Of a stretch of DNA of 64,000 nucleotides, positions 51,338-60,900 are shown in pieces. The notes beneath the pieces are model-generated. The model did not search any database and was not told where the DNA came from. It saw only the letters and a program-made list of their open reading frames with translations. The translations under genes were made by a program, and so were the position numbers. Numbering within the stretch: position 1 is the first letter of the stretch; each line of letters begins with the position of its first letter. Source of the stretch: Perna viridis. Its lineage: Eukaryota. The DNA is taken from the NCBI GenBank assembly GCA_037379345.1, contig CM074523.1:30891678-30955677 (forward strand). Direction: 5' to 3'.

Positions 51338-51427
51338 CTATTGTACAAATGGTCTCTTCTTCTGTTGACTGCTGAGTACGATCTGTTTCAACTATGTCTT
51401 GTTCACGTTCAGCAGCAATATGTGGTT
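51338..51427 (-). CDS. Candidate cassette exon F, 90 nt (PHIAAEREQDIVETDRTQQSTEEETICTI), phase 1-1
   Basis: ctttttag|AA acceptor, weak G|gttggg donor, length a multiple of 3, acidic composition. Confidence 0.55.
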
Positions 51428-51461
51428 CTAAAAAGATATATTTGAATTCCATTTGTATTGG

Positions 51462-51549
51462 ATTGTGAACAATGTCACAGCTAATTGTGAACTATGTCAC
51501 AGCTAATTGTGAACTATGTCACAGCAAATTGTGTACAATGTCACATCAA
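51462..51549. repeat. Minisatellite, 22-bp unit x 4, palindromic TGTGA-N6-TCACA
   Basis: attgtgaactatgtcacagcta repeated. Confidence 0.9.
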
Positions 51550-52201
51550 CTTTGCAGCTAGATACTACTAAAGCCTGCTACTAATTTCTACTAAAAAGGC
51601 AACTACATTTCTACTTAAACATGCCAAAGTTTCTAAACCAGCCATCTTAAACTAATTAAAACATATGCTGCTGCTCATGAATGCACCAAGACACTTCACA
51701 TGGATATTGTTTTGATATAAACATCTCACTGCCCCAGTACTTCATTCATACAACACATCCAATTATTTGAAGTTATATACAGTTTTAAATTTAAGCTACA
51801 CTGCCCCCTTCCTATATACTGATAGTCCTCATTTTTTGATTAGCTTGTTTTCTTTTAAGTCTCTGGCAATGTCTTTTCTAGCATTTATCAATATACATTC
51901 TATGATATTACTGTCAGGGGAAATATTTCACATAGTATAGAAAACTATTTTTTCAAAAAGGTAAATTTCACACATGTCAGGAATATGGAAAATTTACAGA
52001 TTTCTCAGATATAACTTTTTACAGATTTCTCAGATATAACTTTTGACTGTAAACAAAGTTTAAAAAATGGTAAGCAATTTTACCTACAATCTCATACAAA
52101 TACAATTTATTTCCCCTTCAAGTAAATTTGTGAAATCAATATTTAAAGAATTGTTGCTACAAGAAAGTATTGCTTAAATGTCATATTTGGTATATAAATG
52201 T

Positions 52202-52314
52202 CTATTTTCGGTTGTTGTTTTTCTCAATAGGTTCTTTCCTGTAGTATAGCTCCAACTCTACTTCTATCGTGATGATTTCTTCATGCAGAATTTTTTCGGC
52301 AGCATTCAGACATT
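52202..52314 (-). CDS. Candidate alternative terminal or degenerate exon (KCLNAAEKILHEEIITIEVELELYYRKEPIEKNNNRK-stop)
   Basis: cacctag|AA acceptor in phase 1, E/I-rich composition like neighbouring exons, TAG at 52202-52204, AATAAA (minus strand) at 52106-52111. Confidence 0.3.
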
Positions 52315-54166
52315 CTAGGTGAATATGAGAGAATTCTTATCGTTAATTTAAACAAACACAAGACAGATTAGAAACAGAAACAAACATGAGACACACATAA
52401 TGATGATACCCCATTCACAAAAAAAATACATTACATAACCCCCCCCCCCCCCCTTTCTTAGGAACATGTGTCCTCATTTACATGACTTAACATTATCCTC
52501 TGACAAAAAAATATCTTGTCCCCATACCTTTACATTCTATATCAACTAATTTATGTCTAAAGCAGAATTTCGAAATAACTTTTGAATTTCGTCAATGAAA
52601 AACACAATATTTAAAATCTGAATGATTCGTTCTATTGAAATTTTCACAGTAAAAGTAATCTTATAAAGTCAGGTTTCAATTATCAATTCAAGGTAATAAT
52701 ATTTAAACACAAAATTAAAAAAAAAAATTCAGATTTTCATTTTAAATAAACAAAACCAGAGAATATTTGTTAAAATGTATTAAACCCTTGGACTTAAGCC
52801 TTTTATATGCAGGTATGAATTTGGAATGATGAAAAAAAAAAATCACTGCTTTTAATGAACCTTATTAAGCATTGATATGCAACAACAGCTAGCCATATAT
52901 ATATGAAAAGTTATGTCAATGAAAAAAAATTTGATGAAATGAAAAAAAGAAAAAGGCTAGACCTGTAGAAATCTAAAAGGCTAGACCTGTAGAAATCTAA
53001 AAGGATCTTAACCAGTCAACATTTAAACCCTTAAAAACTTTGTATGTAGCTAAAAGAACAAACAAACAAAAATTATAAAAAATTTGTCCCTACTTCCTTA
53101 TTTTTTTTGTAAAATTTTCAATCAAAGCAATAATGATTAAAGTTAGCATGGTAAGAAAGTTATAAGCCATTTAAGGTCAGGTTTCATTATTAAGCCACTT
53201 ATTCGGACAGTACATAAGCCACATTATACACACTAACACACTTAAATATATGAATTAGATTAGCCATGCTTATCATTTTGTTTTCCCACATGCTACTAAA
53301 GACAATGTATTTATTTCTTAAAATTTTATTTCAGAAATTCGCAAATAAATTACAAATGTGCAAAAATACAAAAATAAATAAATGAAAAAATAACAATCTG
53401 AATCTGCACTTCAACTTATTTTGTTTACCATTAAAAATTACATATTTGTATAATGTGGCAGTGTACTTGATATGTAGCATATTTGACACACGAATTATCT
53501 CCCCATAACAGGTGAATTAAAAAGCACTACATTTCTCAACTGAAAAATAACTTAAATCCATATCTATGCTAAACTAATACTATTACAGCTACTTTGAAGA
53601 CAGACTATCTCTAAGCATTTAACATTCCATCTAACCAAACACTATATTTAAAAATTTAAAGATCAAAAATTAAAAAAAAAGCACAAGGACAAAGGTGATC
53701 ATCTTGGAAGAAAAAAGTAATTACAACTATTGATGAATTGTACATTTCTTTTTGAATTTTTAATTTTAAATACAAGAAACTCAACTAAAATCTGAATGAG
53801 GGCCTTCATAAACTTCTCTAAATCATTCTTAATTAGAAATCAATTCAAGAGAATATGAAAATTCAGATTTTAGATAATTTCGAAATCTTAAGACAGTGAA
53901 ATTAAAACAATTTTTTTTCAAAACAAGACAAGAAAACTGAGGTAAGGGCAATATAGGTTTGAGTATAATAGTTTATCATTACTATCAGGATATAATGAAT
54001 AACTAAATAGTATTCAAACCCATATTAAAATTATTCCTCCAAAATTTTTTGGCACTTAAGAAATCTACAGGTCTAGCTAACGAAATATGTGTGGTCAAAA
54101 GGTCATATATAAATAGCTGACATGCTAATAGTAGAGTTTGAATGAAAGTCTGTGATGATGGCTTAC

Positions 54167-54332
54167 TTTCTACGAAAAGTTCGACAACAGTGCTGGTACT
54201 GCCGAATTCATTTACAGCGGTACATTTGTACTCGGCTTCATCCTCCAAGAAAATATCATTGATATTTAATCGGCACACACCACTATCAAAGTCTATGACA
54301 AAATGTTCACTTTCTTCGAGTGGTTCTTCATC
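54167..54332 (-). CDS. Exon D, C-half of Ig domain 2 (DEEPLEESEHFVIDFDSGVCRLNINDIFLEDEAEYKCTAVNEFGSTSTVVELFVE), phase 0-1
   Basis: ttttag|GAT acceptor, A|gtaagc donor, completes the Ig fold begun in exon C. Confidence 0.92.
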
Positions 54333-54865
54333 CTAAAAATAAATAAAATCAAAGCACTGATGATAGATGGAAAGCTACAGAGGCATCTCTATGTATGTCA
54401 TATTAATTGATGAGATGAGTGAAAGTTTAAAAATAGGAAAAGTTTACTATATTTTTCTTTCAAAATATGAATCTGAGTAAAAATAAAAACATGAAGTTGC
54501 ATGCCTTTCAGGTAAACACCTACTTGTGTTTAAAGCGACGTACACAATTATAAATCAATCTGTCCAATAGCAGCTCAGATAATTGTTATGAAATTTGAAA
54601 GGGAAGACAGACAAGGTGATTCCAAAATACCACACACTGATTGAGTTTGGGTATAAAAACAATTTTCTCTGAACCAAAACAAAATGTGTATCTACAGAGC
54701 CATTTTCAGGGATGCCCAACAATCCACATTCCAGGTAATGGTTCTAAGACATTTCTCGCAAATGAAAATCACTCACATACTAGAAAAGGCAGAATATAAA
54801 ACAGAAACCTGGTAAACAGGAAAACATGAAATCATGAATTCTGATCAGTAGACTTTTTATGAGCA

Positions 54866-55100
54866 AGTCGGCCGGTGTTTCTAGAAAAGCAGAGGACGCT
54901 TACCCTACCGGTACACCTGGTCCATGCTCCCAATTTTTAGTGGAGTTCGAGTTGCTCATTTGCTTTTGTTACTTTGTAGGTATGATTTTAGTTACTTTAT
55001 GTTCTTTGTTGTGTATGTCTGTTTTCCATGTCTGGTCTTTGTCCCTGGATTGCATTCTTTTGATTACCACTATAACCTTGGTTCCCTTGATTACTCTTTC
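54866..55100. repeat. Dispersed repeat, probably retroelement-derived (copy 1)
   Basis: agaaaagcagaggacgcttaccctaccggtacacctggtccatgctc... is colinear with 56255..56460. Confidence 0.7.
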
Positions 55101-55334
55101 AGAGGAGATGTGCTGACAAGTATTGTCAGGTACAGAGGGACAAATGGGCTAATGGATGTACTGATTGACCCAAAGACAGAGGAACAAACAAGCAGGCAGA
55201 GCATAACCAGTAGCACTAAAGAGGCAGGCATCAATTGATGGCAAAATAAACATTAACTGCCACACGTTGTGCTAGACATACCCCCACTACTACTGGAAGT
55301 TGATATCAGAGATCAACTAAACTGATTTATAACA

Positions 55335-55641
55335 CATGCCCCCTCTAAATGAAGTCGCATACCATATTCCTACAGACAGTCTGAGTGTGCCCCATCCAAA
55401 TGAAGCCACACACCATATTCTTACAGACCAACTGAGTGTGCCCCATCTAAATGAAGCCACACACCATATTCCCACAGACGGACTGACTGTGCCCCCTCTA
55501 AATGAAGCCACACACCATATTCCAACAGACCGACTGAGTGTGCCCCATCTTAAATGAAGCCACACACCATATTTCCACCCACGGGCTGAGTGTGCCCCAT
55601 CTAAATGAAGCCACACACCATATTCCTACAGACGGACTGAC
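55335..55641. repeat. Minisatellite, about 51-bp unit x 6
   Basis: gtgccccatctaaatgaagccacacaccatattcctacagacggactgagt repeated. Confidence 0.92.
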
Positions 55642-55697
55642 AGATGAACAAGGTATACGAGCCACTTTTTGAGTGGAGTGTAATAAACAATACCTAC

Positions 55698-55876
55698 CTG
55701 AAACCATGTAACTGTAGGTACAGGTTGTCCGACTGTCACACATTCAAGAGTGACAGGTGTGCCTTCAATAGCATCAATGTGTTGTTGGAGGGTCTGTATG
55801 AAACGGGGAGCTTCAGGGACCCCTTCTTCAACCTCTTTGGGGACTGGAGCTTCCTTCACAATGATTTCTTTGGGTT
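55698..55876 (-). CDS. Exon C, N-half of Ig domain 2 (APRFIQTLQQHIDAIEGTPVTLECVTVGQPVPTVTWFQ), phase 1-0
   Basis: cacag|AA acceptor, CAG|gtaggt donor, Ig strands A-C. Confidence 0.92.
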
Positions 55877-56254
55877 CTGTGGAATATTAATTAATTATTT
55901 TTAATCATCTTATGGTAAAAATTTGTACTTAAATATAATGATCAAGCAACATGTTCTATATTTTAGGCCAACTAAAAGTATTTTTTTGGATCTAAGGTCC
56001 CCAATATCCTCATTTTTATTGCCATATAATTTAAATACTTTGAAAATAAAAACCAGCCTCATAAAATTGTTCTAATGGCTCTCATCAACTTTTTTAGCAA
56101 AAATCCTCACTCTCTTAAGATCATCACTACAGAAGTTTTATGTTCATCATCATGAACTTGTGGATAGTTATGGTGTATTCATCGGCACAATGAGAACTGA
56201 TTTGTTCAATGAATTGCCCCTGACTTGGCTTATTATCAGCAACTTGTTTTTTGT

Positions 56255-56460
56255 TTCCAGAAAAGCAGAGGATGCTTACCCTACTGGTGCACCTGGTCCA
56301 TGCTCTCAGTTTTTAGTGGAGTCTGAGTTGCTCATTTACTTCTGTTTCTTTGTACAAATTATTTCAGTTATTTTATGTTCTTTGTTGTGTGTGTCTGGTC
56401 TTTGTTCCAGGATTACATTCTTTGAATTTCTGCTAGAATCTTGCTTCCCTTGATTACTCA
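56255..56460. repeat. Dispersed repeat (copy 2)
   Basis: agaaaagcagaggatgcttaccctactggtgcacctggtccatgctc...cccttgattactc. Confidence 0.7.
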
Positions 56461-56535
56461 CTCATTGTTCTCAGAACCAAGAAAATAACTAATTTACAGC
56501 TCAATAAAAATGGTTCCATCTTTCTCAAATCTTAC

Positions 56536-56799
56536 CGGGTTTTGGGTGACCTTCAACTTCAATAGTTATGGTTGATTCTTGGTCTTTAGTAACCTCTAGT
56601 TCAGTTGTGACCTTTTCAGGCTTTTCTGTGATCTCAATCTGTGTTATACTTGTATCAACTGGTTTCTCCTGAACTTCAATCTCCATGGATACAACATCTT
56701 TTGGTTTTTCCTTGACTTCAATTTCCATGGTAATTTCAGTTGGTTCTGTTGTGACCTCAATTTCAGTGGATGTAGTCTCTTTTGGTTTTTCATCAAATG
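56536..56799 (-). CDS. Exon B, 264 nt, E/K/T/I-rich spacer (PFDEKPKETTSTEIEV...EGHPKP), phase 1-1
   Basis: ttttag|CA acceptor, G|gtaag donor, in frame with ORF 56525..56728. Confidence 0.88.
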
Positions 56800-56911
56800 C
56801 TAAAAATAGTATTAAAATAATATATATATTTTATATTCAAGTGAAATAGAAATAAACTTATACTATTGAAGACTTCCTTATAAATATCATAAAATTAAAT
56901 TTCAATATTAA

Positions 56912-57122
56912 GGCGGTAGACCTAAGGTAAGGGATATAACTCTTGAAATCAGTGATATGTTTGTATCATATTCAGTTTCTCCAAAGTCTATCAAGCTTTC
57001 ATTTGAAACAGAATGAAATCAGTCCAAGTTTTTTGATGTTAACATAAGATTGATGTAAAATGCTGAATACAAACATTCCAATGGTTTGTAGGAGTTGTGT
57101 CCCTTACCCTAGGTCTCCCTCC
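56912..57122. mobile_element. MITE family 1 copy, inverted orientation
   Basis: ttaa|ggcggtagacctaaggtaaggg...cccttaccctaggtctccctcc|ataa. Confidence 0.87.
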
Positions 57123-57483
57123 ATAAAATTAACCATAATTTATAAAAAAAAAAAGAATACAAAATATAAGAACACAGAAAAACTGGTTAGATTTTCAGAC
57201 TATCAAAATTCAAAAAACAAATTCAGCTTTTTACAATATGAAAATTATTTAAATTTAAAAATGGAAAAAGTGTTCATTCACTGGATACAAATGGATAAAT
57301 TGAATAGGAATTCAAGACTGGGTGAAGTATTCAAGATGCAAAGATTCAGAGAGTAAAAGTAAATTTAACAATTAAGTAAATAAATAAGTAAATTCCTTTT
57401 TCTGAAAATATGTCATATGTGTAAACAGGCCTCATTTATTGAGAGTAATATTCAGTTAAGTATAACAGCTTTTGAAAGTTTAA

Positions 57484-57827
57484 GTGTCAGTCCCTGTAAG
57501 AATCAGGCAGTCGGAGAAACATGGTATGAAAAACCCATCATTTTGATTGTGTTATTTCACTACTTGCAGCTTCAGAATCAAGGAAAACAGACAAGATTTT
57601 CCATATCATGCTGAACCACTGAATTACAATTTCAGTGAAATGAACTGAAAATGAACATTTCACGGGCAGATAACTCTGTCAAAAAGCCAGTGATGTAGAT
57701 ATTATATTGTGTTATTTTCAAATAGAAAACGTATCCTTGAGTGATATTTCATTGTCAGATCGGTGAGTTTTTGATATGCATGTTTCTGATTTTTCCAATT
57801 TTGCCTGATTCTTCCAAACACTTACAC
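57484..57827. mobile_element. MITE family 3 copy
   Basis: ttaa|gtgtcagtccctgtaagaatcaggcag...tgcctgattcttccaaacacttacac|ttaa. Confidence 0.85.
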
Positions 57828-57948
57828 TTAATCTACCTTATATAGATTACTTAAATCAAGGAAAAGTGTATTGCAGAGTTTACTAAAATAAAATGACAAC
57901 CCCTCCAACAATTTTAACCCTAACATTTCCTACTAAAAATTTACTTAC

Positions 57949-60900
57949 GTATAACCTGAACAAAACAGGTAGAGGTTGCTTTACCAGCCTCATTTTCAAT
58001 TACTGCTTTGTATTCCCCTTCATCTTCAGGGGAGATCTCAGAGATGACAAGAGTAGTTTGGGTCTTTTCAACAGTGACTTTGTATTCTGGTTGACCAGTC
58101 AATGGTTGCTCATCAACAAACCATGTCACAGTTGATTCAGGTTGACTAATAAATCCTACAGTAATTACCAACTCCTTTCCTTCAGGAATTTCAATGCCTG
58201 AGATTTCCTTGATAATTTTGGGAGATTGTGTATTAGTAGTTGAGATTTCAATAGTTGCTTGTTCTCTTTGAGATTCCTCGACTTCTATAAATACAGATGA
58301 TTCAATGGTATCTGGTTCATCTTCTATTTCATGAACAGAGACCACTTCAGTGATTGATTCCTCAGTTTCCTTTTCTGTAATCATCTCAGTAATGCTTTCT
58401 TCAGGTTTATCAATTACTTCAATTTCAATTGCCTCCTCAGAGGTAACAGGAGTTTCTTCTGATGAAACTTCTGTTGCTTTTTGTCTGTCAACTTCAGGTT
58501 TGACAGATATTTCAACTTCAATCACTTCAGTTGGTTGTTCGAGAACTTCTGCTGAAACTTCAGCTGTTTCCTCAGCAGTGACTGAAGTTTCCTCAGTGGG
58601 AACCTCAGCTGGTTTTTGCTCCTCAATTTCAGGTTTGACAGATATTTCAACTTCAGTCTTTTCATGTGGTTGTTCCGATTCCTCTGTTGTGATTTCAACT
58701 GTTTCCTCAACAGTGATTGGAATTTCTTCAGTGGGAACTTCAGCTGGTTTTTGCTCCTCAACTTCAGGTTTGACAGATATTTCAACTTCAGTCTTTTCAT
58801 GTGGTTGTTCAGATTCCTCAGTTGTGATTTCAACTGTTTCCTCAACAGTGACTGAAGTCTCCTCAGCAGGAACTTCAGCTGGTTTTTGCTCCTCAACTTC
58901 AGGTTTGACAGACATTTCAACTTCAGTCTTTACAGATGGTTGTTTAGATACTTCTGTTGTTATTTCAACTGTTTCCTCAACATTGACTGGAGTCTCCTCA
59001 GTGGGAACTTCAGCTGGTTTTTGCTCCTCAACTTCGGGTTTGACTGATATTTCAACTTCAGTCTTTTCAGTTGGTTGTTCAGATTCTTCAGCTGTGATTT
59101 CAACTGTTTCCTCAACAGTGACTGGAGTCTCCTCAGTGGAAACCTCAGCTGGTTTTTGCTCCTCAACTTCGGGTTTGATAGATATTTCAACTTCAGTCTT
59201 TTCATGTGGTTGTTCAGATTCCTCTGTTGTGATTTCAATTGTTTCCTCAACAGTGACTGGAGTCTCCTCAGCAGGAACCTCAGTTGGCTTTAGCTCCTCA
59301 ACTACGGGTTTGACAGATATTTCAACTTCAGTCTTTTCAGTTGGTTGTTCAGATTCCTCAGTAGTGATTTCAACTGTTTCCTCAACAGTGATTGGAGTCT
59401 CCTCAGTGGGAACTTCAGCTGGTTTTTGCTCCTCAACCTTAGGTTTGACAGATATTTCAACTTCAGTCTTTTCATGTGGTTGTTCAGATTCCTCTGTTGT
59501 GATTTCAACTGTTTCCTCAACAGTGACTGGAGTCTCCTCAGTGGGAACCTCAGTTGGCTTTTGCTCCTCAACTTCGGGTTTGACAGATATTTCAACTTCA
59601 GTCTTTTCAGTTGGTTGTTCAGATTCCTCAGTTGTGATTTCAACTGTTTCCTCAACAGTGATTGGAGTCTCCTCAGTGGGAACTTCAGCTGGTTTTTGCT
59701 TCTCAACCTTAGGTTTGACAGATATTTCAACTTCAGTCTTTTCATGTGGTTGTTCAGATTCCTCTGTTGTGATTTCAACTGTTTCCTCAACAGTGATTGG
59801 AGTCTCCTCAGTGGGAACTTCAGCTGGTTTTTGCTCCTCAACTTCAGGTTTGACAGATATTTCAACTTCAGTCTTTTCATGTGGTTGTTCAGATTCCTCA
59901 GTTGTGATTTCAACTGTTTCCTCAACAGTGACTGGAGTCTCCTCAGTGGGAACCTCAGCTGGTTTTTGCTCCTCAACATCAGCTCTGACAGATATTTCAA
60001 CTTCAGTCTTTTCAGTTGGTTGTTCAGATACTTCAGTTGTGACTTCAACTGTTTCCTCAACAGTGATTGGAGTCTCCTCAGCAGGGACTTCAGCTGGCTT
60101 TTGCTCCTCAACTTCAGGTTTGACAGATATTTCAACTTCAGTCTTTTCATGTGGTTGTTCAGATTCCTCAGTTGTGATTTCAACTGTTTCCTCAACAGTG
60201 ACTGGAGTCTCCTCAGCAGGAACCTCAGTTGGTTTTTGCTCCTCAACTTCGGGTTTGACAGATATTTCAACTTCAGTCTTTTCAGTTGGTTGTTCAGATT
60301 TCTCAGTTGTGATTTCAACTGTTTCCTCAACAGTGATTGGAGTCTCCTCAGTGGGAACTTCAGCTGATTTTTGCTCCTCAACTTTGGGTTTGATAGATAT
60401 TTCAACTTCAGTCTTTTCATGTGGTTGTTCAGATTCCTCTGTTGTGATTTCAACTGTTTCCTCAACAGTGACTGGAGTCTCCTCAGTGGGAACCTCAGCT
60501 GGTTTTTGCTCCTCAACATCAGCTCTGACAGATATCTCAACTTCAGTCTTTTTAGCTGAATGTTCAGATACTTCAGTAGTGATTTCAACTGTTTCCTCAA
60601 CAGTGATTGGAGTCTCCTCAGTGGAAACTTCAGCTGGTTTTTGCTCCTCAACTTCGGGTTTGATAGATATTTCAACTTCAGTCTTTTCATGTGGTTGTTC
60701 AGATTTCTCAGTTGTGATTTCAACTGTTTCCTCAACAGTGATTGGCGTCTCCTCAGTGGGAACTTCAGCTGGTTTTTGCTCCTCAACTTTGGGTTTGATA
60801 GATATTTCAACTTCAGTCTTTTCATGTGGTTGTTCAGATGCTTCTGTTGTGATTTCAACTGTTTCTTCAACAGTGACTGGAGTCTTTTCAGTGGGAACTT

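Noticed and set aside
51462-51549. 22-bp units matching the bacterial CRP box TGTGA-N6-TCACA
   Set aside because: Eukaryotic intron context; a coincidental palindromic minisatellite.
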